A program made the position numbers and the translations under genes. The notes beneath the pieces were generated by a model. That model was not told the DNA's origin. It saw only the letters and a list, made by a program, of their open reading frames with translations, and made no database searches. This document shows, one piece after another, positions 49,896 through 58,321 of a stretch of 64,000 nucleotides of DNA (the first letter of the stretch is position 1; the number at the start of each line of letters is the position of its first letter). The DNA is from a virus, in IMG/VR virus record IMGVR_UViG_3300020463_000018, positions 2,383 to 66,382 of that record, one strand, 5' to 3'.

Positions 49896-50952
49896 CCATA
49901 TGAACCCTGTGTATGGGAAAGAAGAAGTCGATAGTGTAACAGACTATATAAACTCTGGCGGCTGGATTATGGAACATACAAAAACCAGAGAACTAGAATC
50001 TTTGATTTGTAAGTTTACTGGTGCCAAGTATGCACATATGGTTACAAGTGCTACTACGGGTCTCCTGTGTGCGTCTATGGTAGCTAAAATAAAGCCTGGA
50101 GAGAAGTTTGCCGTTAGTGCATATACACAGGCCGCTACATGTAATGGTGCTATACTTATGGGAGGTATCCCAGTTATTGTTGATGTTGACCCAGTATCTT
50201 TCTGTATTAATTTTGATAAGATACCTGATGATTGTAGAGTTATATTTGTATCTGCAATCAATGGTAGATATCCAGGAGATATCGAAAAGAGAATTAAGTC
50301 TTTAAGAGAACAAGGCAAAATTGTTATTGAAGATTCTGCACAAGCATTAGGAAGTAGAACTGACGGTGACTTGCATTGCGGAACTATAGGTGATATGGGT
50401 GTGTTTAGTTTTGGTGCACCTAAGATTATAACAACAGGACAAGGTGGTTGTATAGTTACTAATGATGAAAACATCAGCAAAGAAATACATGCTATAAAAA
50501 ACTTTGGTAGAACTGTAGGTGTAGGCGAAGTATATAACGTGATGGGTTCTAACTTTAAGTTTACAGACTTACAAGCATCATTCGGTATTGCACAAATGAA
50601 AAAATTACCTTTCATTGTTTTACACAAGAAAGAATTGTTTCGTTGGTATAAAAGACATCTAAAAAGAGTTGCAGAGTTTATCCCTACAAACTTAGACCGT
50701 GTAACTCCTACATATCCTGAGATACTAATTAGTAAACGTGATGAACTTGCGTTAGAGTTACGTCAAGAGGGTATAGGCTGTCGTGCAGTTTACGATAGTT
50801 TATGTAATCAACCTTTTCATAGACAATGGAAAACACCTACTCCAGTCGCAGACGAATTAGGCAAAAGAGGATTGCATCTTCCTGCACAGTTTGATTTACG
50901 TGAAAATGATGTTAAAAAGATTTGCGATATAATTAAAAATCACGCCGCTTGA
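49879..50952 (+). CDS. DegT/DnrJ/EryC1/StrS PLP-dependent sugar aminotransferase
   Basis: TSATTGL, IEDSAQALGS, FSFGAPKIITTGQGG (PLP Lys), GSNFKFTDLQA. Confidence 0.93.
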   Translation: MITKNSHMNPVYGKEEVDSVTDYINSGGWIMEHTKTRELESLICKFTGAKYAHMVTSATTGLLCASMVAKIKPGEKFAVSAYTQAATCNGAILMGGIPVIVDVDPVSFCINFDKIPDDCRVIFVSAINGRYPGDIEKRIKSLREQGKIVIEDSAQALGSRTDGDLHCGTIGDMGVFSFGAPKIITTGQGGCIVTNDENISKEIHAIKNFGRTVGVGEVYNVMGSNFKFTDLQASFGIAQMKKLPFIVLHKKELFRWYKRHLKRVAEFIPTNLDRVTPTYPEILISKRDELALELRQEGIGCRAVYDSLCNQPFHRQWKTPTPVADELGKRGLHLPAQFDLRENDVKKICDIIKNHAA

Positions 50953-51833
50953 TATAGTTTAACTAAACTAGCAATACCATCTTCAAGAGACTCGGTAGCT
51001 TCAAATCCAATGTTTCTAATTTTTGTATAGTCAACAAAGTAATCTCTACCATCTTTATCATGTGATAGTTTATCATTAATAATGAGTTCATAATCTACTT
51101 TTTGTTTAATAATATTAGCGATATCTAACTTTGTATGATTAAGTTTTTCATCGCCTACATTCCATTTTTGACCTTTCATAATATCATATTTTTCTAACGC
51201 CCATCTAAATGAACGTGCTAAGTCATTGATACTTAGGAATGTACGTTTAAAATGTTTCTCAAATAATACTAGTTTCTTTTCAGCTATAGCTTTGTATGTA
51301 AAGTCGTTTACAAGCAAGTCTTGTCGTAATCTGTTACTAACACCAAACGCAGTTGCTGGTCTTAGTATTACTGCATCAGAACCTTCTAGATATCTTTCTC
51401 CTGCAAGTTTATATACACTGTATGTACTGATAGGATTAGTATCACATTCTTCATCACATGTTTTACCAAGTTCACCATATACACTTCCTGTACTTGCATA
51501 TATAAAAGGTTTATCTTTTGATGCATCTATTACTCTATTAGTTCCTTCTACATTAACACGATATGCTAAGTCTGGTTCTCTGTCACATGACGGATAACCT
51601 ACGATACCTGCTAAGTGAATAACTGCATCTGCTTTATCAATTACTTTATCTACATATGGATCACAGATATCCATTTTGTGTAAATGAAATTCTTTTCTAT
51701 CTAATATGTTTAGTATGGGTTGTACTCCGTACTTCAACCAATCAATACAGATAACCTCATGTCCTCTGTTTAATAGTTGTTCACTTAGTCTACAACCAAC
51801 ATAACCTGCTCCGCCTGTTATAGCAATTTTCAT
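50940..51833 (-). CDS. NAD-dependent nucleotide-sugar epimerase/dehydratase
   Basis: TGGAGYVG, HLAGIVG, ASTGSVYG, YSVYK, R.DLLVN. Confidence 0.92.
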   Translation of the reverse strand: MKIAITGGAGYVGCRLSEQLLNRGHEVICIDWLKYGVQPILNILDRKEFHLHKMDICDPYVDKVIDKADAVIHLAGIVGYPSCDREPDLAYRVNVEGTNRVIDASKDKPFIYASTGSVYGELGKTCDEECDTNPISTYSVYKLAGERYLEGSDAVILRPATAFGVSNRLRQDLLVNDFTYKAIAEKKLVLFEKHFKRTFLSINDLARSFRWALEKYDIMKGQKWNVGDEKLNHTKLDIANIIKQKVDYELIINDKLSHDKDGRDYFVDYTKIRNIGFEATESLEDGIASLVKLYQAA

Positions 51834-53029
51834 TCTTTATCTCCGTGTACTACACTTACTTCTGGCATTGCGAATATCATTCTGCCGCCATTATTTAAAA
51901 ACTCTTTTTCTTTTTCAACAAACATATCTCTGAAACCAAAGTTAGGTACAAAGAATATATCAGCATTCTTTCTGGCTTCATCTTCACTTACAATAGGTAT
52001 CTTTGTTCCTACTGTATATCTTCCTATTTTATCTGGATGAATTTCAGCCGCTCCTTCAAATAGTCCTTCAAGTTTCCAAAACTGTAACATTGTATTCCCT
52101 TTTGTACTTGCTCCATATACATATGCTTTGCTTCCCTGTGCTTTAGCATCTTTTAAAACAGTACGTAATAATGTTCCATTTCTTTCTACATTATACATGA
52201 AAGTTTCTAGACTTGCAATGTCTTCTGCGTATTCCATACTGCCTTTGTTTAACTTTCTTGCCCATATCTGATAACTTCCACCTTGTATATCGTTTCTTTC
52301 AACATGATATATTTCTAAACCATTTTGCTCATATAACTTTACTAGACTTTTATAACTGTAATATTCTAAATGCTCATGACATATGTTACCTAAGTCTTTC
52401 ATTTCAAGCATAGGTGCTAGTGTCATTAACTGTGCAATGAATATACCATCATCATGTAAACTCTCGTTTACACTATAGATAAACTTATTAGGGTTATCTA
52501 AATCATAAAACATTCCTATAGCAGTAATAAACTTTGCTTTTCTACCTTCCATTAGTTTGTAATGCCACATATCATTTATAACTGCATCACATTCTTTAGA
52601 TAGTTTTCTAATTAGATTAGGTGCTGGTTCACAACCAATTCTATATCTATCAGTTTTTATTCCACTGAGTAATGTTCCATCGTTTGCACCAATGTCTAAT
52701 ACGATATCACCAGGGTCTGTATGTTCATTACCATAACTAGCAATGTCTAATAGATTATCTTTTAGTTTCTGATTAAGACCACTTTCATACCAATAGTGTT
52801 CACCATATAATACTTTGGGATTTACTGTATGTCTTAGTTGAACTAACTGACATTCCTCACATTGGTCTAATACCATAGGAGCAACGCCACGTGAAAACTC
52901 AGGATCTTCTGGAAAATCATTTATATGTATGTTACCAAAATCAGCAATATGTTTTATACTGCCTCCACATACCCTACAACTGGTACGTTCATTAAGTATC
53001 ATCTTACCTGTCTTTTTCTTTTTAAACAT
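51830..53029 (-). CDS. NDP-hexose C-methyltransferase (zinc-binding N-domain, class I SAM)
   Basis: CRVC..CEECQLVQL, LDIGANDG, ICHEHLEYYS, YGASTKGNT. Confidence 0.9.
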   Translation of the reverse strand: MFKKKKTGKMILNERTSCRVCGGSIKHIADFGNIHINDFPEDPEFSRGVAPMVLDQCEECQLVQLRHTVNPKVLYGEHYWYESGLNQKLKDNLLDIASYGNEHTDPGDIVLDIGANDGTLLSGIKTDRYRIGCEPAPNLIRKLSKECDAVINDMWHYKLMEGRKAKFITAIGMFYDLDNPNKFIYSVNESLHDDGIFIAQLMTLAPMLEMKDLGNICHEHLEYYSYKSLVKLYEQNGLEIYHVERNDIQGGSYQIWARKLNKGSMEYAEDIASLETFMYNVERNGTLLRTVLKDAKAQGSKAYVYGASTKGNTMLQFWKLEGLFEGAAEIHPDKIGRYTVGTKIPIVSEDEARKNADIFFVPNFGFRDMFVEKEKEFLNNGGRMIFAMPEVSVVHGDKE

Positions 53030-53421
53030 TATTGTACAGTTTCTTTATCTACTCTAGTCAATGGTTCAACACAATCGTCCCACTTCTTTGTAATGAGAGC
53101 AATAGCTTTTGAATCAGACGTTGGGTAAAATGTATGAGGTGTAAACTTAGGAATAAAAATACAATCACCTGTAGCAACAGGAGTAACCAATTCTTGATAA
53201 CCTTCTGTCAATTCTGTATACACACCACTGCCTTCTACAAACATAATGTATTCATCAAACTCTTTATGATAGTGGTGCCCTCTAACAGAACCTTTGAGAG
53301 TTACAATATAACTCCATTCTTTTATATCTTCTGTCTGAGGATAAAACGTGCTTATTATTCCTCTGCCGTCTTTCACTGTTATTGGATTTATATCTGGATC
53401 TAATTTAATAATCTTTTTCAT
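53029..53421 (-). CDS. Cupin-fold sugar isomerase/epimerase (RmlC/FdtA-like)
   Basis: DGRG, RGHHYHK..E, IPK..PH. Confidence 0.75.
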   Translation of the reverse strand: MKKIIKLDPDINPITVKDGRGIISTFYPQTEDIKEWSYIVTLKGSVRGHHYHKEFDEYIMFVEGSGVYTELTEGYQELVTPVATGDCIFIPKFTPHTFYPTSDSKAIALITKKWDDCVEPLTRVDKETVQ

Positions 53422-53455
53422 ATAATTCTACTTTATTATTATTAACTACATACTT

Positions 53456-53463
53456 TATTTATG
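53456..53463 (-). promoter_or_regulatory. Late promoter box for the cupin-methyltransferase-epimerase operon
   Basis: CATAAATA on the minus strand directly after the terminator. Confidence 0.5.
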
Positions 53464-53466
53464 CAT

Positions 53467-53492
53467 AAAAAAAGCCCCATTCCTGGGGCTTT
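53467..53492 (-). terminator. Intrinsic terminator downstream of the FG-GAP gene
   Basis: AAAGCCCCA-TTCC-TGGGGCTTT hairpin with a U7 tail on the minus strand. Confidence 0.85.
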
Positions 53493-53516
53493 CAATTTTG
53501 TTATATTTTGTTTAGT

Positions 53517-54956
53517 TTACTTCATCCAGTGAACATACTTTGACATTTCTTCTGGCTTCTTAATCTCAAAGTTCATGTTACCTTTGTTTAGAAGAAACAG
53601 ATTAGCACTTTTGATGTCCTGTCTTGTGTTAGAACACATTGCGTCCATTAGACCATCACTGTTAACATCAATAAGAATGCTTTCGTTACAGTATGTATTC
53701 CAAGGGTGTGAGAATTCATCTTTAATCATTGAACCCCAAACTTTAGGATTTTGCCATTCAGCTAACGGCTCAAGTAACATGTTGACAGATTTGATATTGA
53801 ATTTACCACCAACGTTTTCATACATAACCCAAGCAGAACCTGTGTAGTAAGGACCTACTGCACTAGTTAGAATATCAACGTCACCATCGTTATCAAAGTC
53901 AAATGAAGTCATTTCTGCCATAGTTGAGAAAGCAAACTTACCATGCATTGCAGGCTTTAGTTCTTGTGCTTTCTTAAACTTACCTTTACCATTACCATAT
54001 AGTAATACAGTTTTCTCATTCTGCTTACTTGACCATTTCTCTGGAGCATACTTGGCATACTTAGGATTGTAGAAGTTGTGTGAAGTAACAACATCTAAGT
54101 TACCATCGTTGTTGTAATCTCCTACAGTAATTGAAAGACCATTCTGTTTATTACATAGTACAGACTTGAAGTTACCTTTACCATCATTGAAGTGACATAC
54201 TACACCTTTGAAGTGTGAAGTAAGAACATCGATGTCACCATCATTGTCAATGTCACCTGCATCAGCACCATGAGAAAATCCCATATATGTTTTGTGCTTA
54301 CTGTTAGTCAAGAAACCTGTGTGATAACCTTGAACCCAACTTTTAGGTCCGTTTGAAATCAAAACATTGTTAACACTTTCATATGAGTGTTTACCATTTC
54401 TAATTTGAACAGATGCATTAGGAACAAAGAAATCATCGATACCGTCACCGTTGAAATCTTCAACTATCATTCTTTGTAGAGTGGCCGCATAACCCCAATC
54501 ATCAGATGAACCAAAGTCAAATACTTTATTGTTATTCATCTTGAAGTAATGAAAAGTAGAATCAATACTAAAAGGAATCATAGGATTGTACATTGCATTA
54601 TCGTCTTTACAACCTTGCCTTCCTCCTACAGTAGTATATGATCCACCAGTACCACCAGAACCACATCTATGACCTGCACCGAAGCCTAGATAATCTAAAT
54701 CACCATCACCATTCCAATCACCGAATGCTGAACCTGTTTTATAAAAAACACCCTTATCAGAATTGATATGGGCTCCAAACCATTGATTGCTTGGTAATAC
54801 ATACTTACCAATCTTGTTTTTCATTGTTTCGTCAATGTAATGACCTGACAATGTAACGCCTAAGTCATTAGCTTTTTTCTCTACACTATTAGCAGATGCA
54901 GTTGATATCGTACCAACTACAACAAGTATACTAGCGATAAGTGTTTTGATATTCAT
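53517..54956 (-). CDS. Secreted FG-GAP/VCBS repeat beta-propeller protein
   Basis: Signal peptide MNIKTLIASILVVVGTISTASA; six D-x-[ND]-x-D-G-x-x-D Ca-binding repeats. Confidence 0.85.
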   Translation of the reverse strand: MNIKTLIASILVVVGTISTASANSVEKKANDLGVTLSGHYIDETMKNKIGKYVLPSNQWFGAHINSDKGVFYKTGSAFGDWNGDGDLDYLGFGAGHRCGSGGTGGSYTTVGGRQGCKDDNAMYNPMIPFSIDSTFHYFKMNNNKVFDFGSSDDWGYAATLQRMIVEDFNGDGIDDFFVPNASVQIRNGKHSYESVNNVLISNGPKSWVQGYHTGFLTNSKHKTYMGFSHGADAGDIDNDGDIDVLTSHFKGVVCHFNDGKGNFKSVLCNKQNGLSITVGDYNNDGNLDVVTSHNFYNPKYAKYAPEKWSSKQNEKTVLLYGNGKGKFKKAQELKPAMHGKFAFSTMAEMTSFDFDNDGDVDILTSAVGPYYTGSAWVMYENVGGKFNIKSVNMLLEPLAEWQNPKVWGSMIKDEFSHPWNTYCNESILIDVNSDGLMDAMCSNTRQDIKSANLFLLNKGNMNFEIKKPEEMSKYVHWMK

Positions 54957-54986
54957 AATTACCTCTCTCATTTCAGTTATACGATT

Positions 54987-55014
54987 AATATAACACGAAT
55001 CGTGGATTTGTCAA
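54987..55014 (-). promoter_or_regulatory. Early sigma70-type promoter
   Basis: TTGACA-aatccacgattcgtgt(16)-TATATT. Confidence 0.8.
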
Positions 55015-55026
55015 GTTTTTGAGGGT

Positions 55027-55800
55027 TTATTTTCGCTGAATATCTTCTTCTTCACATTTATCACCATATTGTACTTCTAATATGTGTGCTGGTTTTTTGC
55101 CGATATTTGATGTTTTATGCCATATTTCTTGGGGTATTGTAAACGTATCGTGGGCTGTAAGATATAGGGATTCTTTATGGTCTGCAAATTCTAGTTCTAT
55201 CATGATATCTCCTTCTAGGATATACCAAAACTCACTACGAAATATATGCTTTTGATTTGATAAACTCTTGCCTGGATTGATAACTAGTTCTTTTACCTTT
55301 TGCCCAACCCTAGGTTGTTTATCATCTAGTACTCTCCAATATCCCCAGGTTCTGTGAGTTCTTTGAGTTTTCCATTCATCAAGTATCCAACTACTTGAGT
55401 TTAGTTTACTATCACCACCTACACCAAATTCAAACTCTACCCATGGATAGTTATTATATAATCTATATTCAGGAGTCCATGCTTGGCTTCTATCACCACC
55501 ATTAGCAAATATAAGTTTATCATCTTTGTCTAACGTAGAACCTACTTTATAGATTGCATGGTTGGCAGTATCATCAGTATCATCAAAGTCTACAACTTTA
55601 TCTACCATTTTTAATGATTCAATAATAGATTTTCGTTCTTTGAAATTCATAAATGGCTTACCCTTTTTACGAGTTAGCCAATCATCTGAATTGAGACCTA
55701 CAACTAATTCATCACCGAAACTTTTCGCTGAGTTGAAATATTCAATATGTCCTGAGTGTATCGGGTCGAACCCTCCAGTTACTAAAACTATACGTTTCAT
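55027..55800 (-). CDS. Cytidylyltransferase (TagD/RfaE-like) fused to a type II mannose-6-phosphate-isomerase cupin
   Basis: GGFDPIHSGH (HxGH), FANGGDR, NSSS; RTWGYW..KVKEL..PGKSLSNQKH..RSE. Confidence 0.88.
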   Translation of the reverse strand: MKRIVLVTGGFDPIHSGHIEYFNSAKSFGDELVVGLNSDDWLTRKKGKPFMNFKERKSIIESLKMVDKVVDFDDTDDTANHAIYKVGSTLDKDDKLIFANGGDRSQAWTPEYRLYNNYPWVEFEFGVGGDSKLNSSSWILDEWKTQRTHRTWGYWRVLDDKQPRVGQKVKELVINPGKSLSNQKHIFRSEFWYILEGDIMIELEFADHKESLYLTAHDTFTIPQEIWHKTSNIGKKPAHILEVQYGDKCEEEDIQRK

Positions 55801-55804
55801 ACTA

Positions 55805-56191
55805 TTACTTATCTGTAACTAGTAGGTCTTTAAATTCTGTTTCTCTATCTAAAAATTTATAATCTATTTTGACTGGATCCATTTGATTTAAAAATGGTAA
55901 AACTTTTTCTGGGTCTAGAGGGGCACAGGAGTAGACATCTAATTGTACTAGTGCAGGATTTGGTTCATCCCATATATGCATTGCAATGTGTGAAGTTTCA
56001 ATGATAGCAAATGCAGTTACACCTCTATTGCCTGGCATCTTACAATAAGATGCAGTAGGTCCGTACATTGCTTTCATATCTATTGCTTTGATTAATTTTC
56101 GCAAAAACTTAATGGTACGACTCCTATTCACTAGAGGCTTTTTAACCTCTGCACGAATTAACAGGTGCTTATGGACCAGTACGTTTGCCAT
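55805..56191 (-). CDS. speD: Pyruvoyl-dependent S-adenosylmethionine decarboxylase family protein
   Basis: HKHLLI, GVTAFAIIETSHIAMHIWDE, LDVYSC. Confidence 0.8.
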   Translation of the reverse strand: MANVLVHKHLLIRAEVKKPLVNRSRTIKFLRKLIKAIDMKAMYGPTASYCKMPGNRGVTAFAIIETSHIAMHIWDEPNPALVQLDVYSCAPLDPEKVLPFLNQMDPVKIDYKFLDRETEFKDLLVTDK

Positions 56192-56196
56192 GATGA

Positions 56197-56204
56197 TATT
56201 TAGT
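56197..56204 (-). promoter_or_regulatory. Late promoter box, probably leaderless
   Basis: ACTAAATA-5 nt-ATG of speD with no Shine-Dalgarno. Confidence 0.5.
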
Positions 56205-56337
56205 CTTCTGCCTCATAAACAAGTACATACCATCGAATTCCGAGGTCTTTACATGTTTCTAAAATTTCTAGTAGTTCTTCTTTTGGAAAGTCGTGTGTGA
56301 TATATTCTTGCGGAGACTTATAACAAATTATTCTCAT
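56200..56337 (-). CDS. Small hypothetical protein (45 aa)
   Basis: Below the ORF-track cutoff: MRIICYKSPQEYITHDFPKEELLEILETCKDLGIRWYVLVYEAED; ATGA overlap with the upstream ORF. Confidence 0.6.
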   Translation of the reverse strand: MRIICYKSPQEYITHDFPKEELLEILETCKDLGIRWYVLVYEAED

Positions 56338-56432
56338 TCAACCTTTTCGTTGTCCCACATAATTAGCAGTAAGATAATAAATCCGTATACACCGGCAAGA
56401 AACAACAGGGATAATAATAGTTCTGTTATCAT
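56334..56432 (-). CDS. Small single-pass membrane peptide (32 aa)
   Basis: MITELLLSLLFLAGVYGFIILLLIMWDNEKVE; ATGA overlaps on both sides. Confidence 0.55.
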   Translation of the reverse strand: MITELLLSLLFLAGVYGFIILLLIMWDNEKVE

Positions 56433-57256
56433 ATAATCTTTACGTAGTTTAGCCTTGTCTCAGCAATATGCTCCTTCTTCCATACTTGACCATGAGATTT
56501 TACTTTAGCCTCTATTTTGAAAGACTTTTCTTTTGAGTCTCTCCAATCTTCTTTAGAAGAATAGAAACTTATTCTATTGCCTTCGGTGGTCATAGCAGAC
56601 ACATTATAACCACCGTAGACTTGAGAGATACTCACTCTTATTACTTCTATATCTAAAAATACTTTATTATCTTTCCTATCACTTGTTATGTGTACAGAGT
56701 TCTCACTTTTGTCAGATATTTGCCTATCGATAGCTTTCTTAACAGTATATGTAGGAAGATACGCACAAGTACCCCAATACCTTCTATCTAGCTTACTATC
56801 ATCAGATGAAAGAATACCTGCAATAGATTGTTCAAATTCGTTCATGTCCTCACTTAGTATCTTGAACATGAAATCAACTTCTAGTTCAGTTAAGATTTCT
56901 TTAGCACTATCTAAATGCTTTTGCTTTATAAGATGCGGATATGAATGTAGAATACCTTCAACGATAGTTCTATTAGATATTTTATTCTGTAGATATCTAG
57001 AACCTTCGGCTGTTTCATGAAATTCGTATACGCCACCATTAACTTTTACATATTGTTGTTCATTAAATTCGTTTGCAACTACTGAGGCCGCAATTACTTG
57101 TAACTTAGCAAAACCAATGTCTTCACGTGCTTTGACCTCTTTATAATCTAAAGAATTGATATCAAAGTTGTACTTGTGAAAATATATCACATTCCTTTCA
57201 GAATGCGTGTGTTGTGGTCCTGTGTGTTCCAATTGATATGCCTCTAATGTTGTCAT
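56429..57256 (-). CDS. Hypothetical protein with probable C-terminal OB-fold
   Basis: C-terminal IEAKVKSH...ETRLNYVK; start moved to MTTLE, downstream of the promoter. Confidence 0.7.
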   Translation of the reverse strand: MTTLEAYQLEHTGPQHTHSERNVIYFHKYNFDINSLDYKEVKAREDIGFAKLQVIAASVVANEFNEQQYVKVNGGVYEFHETAEGSRYLQNKISNRTIVEGILHSYPHLIKQKHLDSAKEILTELEVDFMFKILSEDMNEFEQSIAGILSSDDSKLDRRYWGTCAYLPTYTVKKAIDRQISDKSENSVHITSDRKDNKVFLDIEVIRVSISQVYGGYNVSAMTTEGNRISFYSSKEDWRDSKEKSFKIEAKVKSHGQVWKKEHIAETRLNYVKII

Positions 57257-57263
57257 GCTTATT

Positions 57264-57291
57264 AATATAGCACGATTCGTGATTTTGTCAA
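57264..57291 (-). promoter_or_regulatory. Early sigma70-type promoter (leaderless)
   Basis: TTGACA-aaatcacgaatcgtgc(16)-TATATT-7 nt-ATG. Confidence 0.8.
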
Positions 57292-57294
57292 GTT

Positions 57295-57302
57295 TATAAA
57301 TA
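57295..57302 (+). promoter_or_regulatory. T4-consensus late promoter TATAAATA (leaderless)
   Basis: TATAAATA-cagat-ATG 57308. Confidence 0.7.
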
Positions 57303-57307
57303 CAGAT

Positions 57308-58321
57308 ATGCAAAAACAGATAGATTGGGACAATGGCGAAGAAAACTTTAGGGATTTAGGTTTAACCTGGATGTCTCTGTATAATCGTATGAACTTTTGT
57401 ACAGACTATCCAAATATGTCACACAATGAAATTCAAGACCTTACCCGTGACCAATTGGAAGTTATTAATCCAACAGGGTTGACAGATAAAGTTTATATCA
57501 AACAGTTTTATAAAACTTTGCCAGACTACTGGAGATTTCATAAAGATGAAGTCAATTACAAGTTTAACTCAGATGGGTTTAGAGCGCCTGAGTTTGACAA
57601 AGTTGATTGGAAAAATAGTTATGTTATATTAGGTTGTAGTCATGTGTTTGGCACAGGCAATCCAGATAACGAAACCATAGGTGCTTACATATCAAATAAA
57701 TTGAATGAGCCAGTTATAAATCTAGGTGTTGGTGGAACAGGATTTGAAACGACATATAATAACTTGTTAAAGCAAATACATACATATGGGTTTGCTAAAG
57801 GATACTTTATTCATTGGAGTTATGCATCAAGAAAAATGTTAACTTATAATCATACAAGCGAAGAAGGCAAAAAGTCGTTTTGGAATAGACGAGATTATAT
57901 TCCAGCTAATGCTCCAAAGGACTTATACTCAAAAGATTTCTTAACTGATTTGATGTATAGAAGAAACATTATTCAACATAGTGTTAGACAAATCTTAAAG
58001 GGCATACCTTATGCAGATATACAAGACCCACGTGACTGGTGTATTAGAAGTGAAAAAGATATAAAGAGAACTGAAGGCGAAGACAAATATTCTATAACTA
58101 TTAAGGTACCTACTCCTGTGTTAGGAGAGTTTGATGGTGTTCATGGTGGATATATTAAATGGGATCAATATCCTGTTGCATATAAAAAGTGGTGGCTTAA
58201 TGAAATACAGGCAAGAGATATTAAAAAATACAATCCCCAAACTGGACCTAGAGGTGGGCATTGGGGTAGACTAGTGAACAAATATATAGCGGAGCATTTA
58301 ATTGATAAAAGCAGGCAATAA
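57308..58321 (+). CDS. SGNH-like hydrolase fold protein (tandem paralogue 1)
   Basis: YKFNSDGFR, LGCSHVFG, NLGVGG, ARD..GGHWG. Confidence 0.6.
   Translation: MQKQIDWDNGEENFRDLGLTWMSLYNRMNFCTDYPNMSHNEIQDLTRDQLEVINPTGLTDKVYIKQFYKTLPDYWRFHKDEVNYKFNSDGFRAPEFDKVDWKNSYVILGCSHVFGTGNPDNETIGAYISNKLNEPVINLGVGGTGFETTYNNLLKQIHTYGFAKGYFIHWSYASRKMLTYNHTSEEGKKSFWNRRDYIPANAPKDLYSKDFLTDLMYRRNIIQHSVRQILKGIPYADIQDPRDWCIRSEKDIKRTEGEDKYSITIKVPTPVLGEFDGVHGGYIKWDQYPVAYKKWWLNEIQARDIKKYNPQTGPRGGHWGRLVNKYIAEHLIDKSRQ

Noticed and set aside
49944-50627. 227-aa minus-strand ORF
   Set aside because: Lies wholly antisense to the DegT gene and has no motifs; a codon-bias shadow like the many other short antisense ORFs in the track
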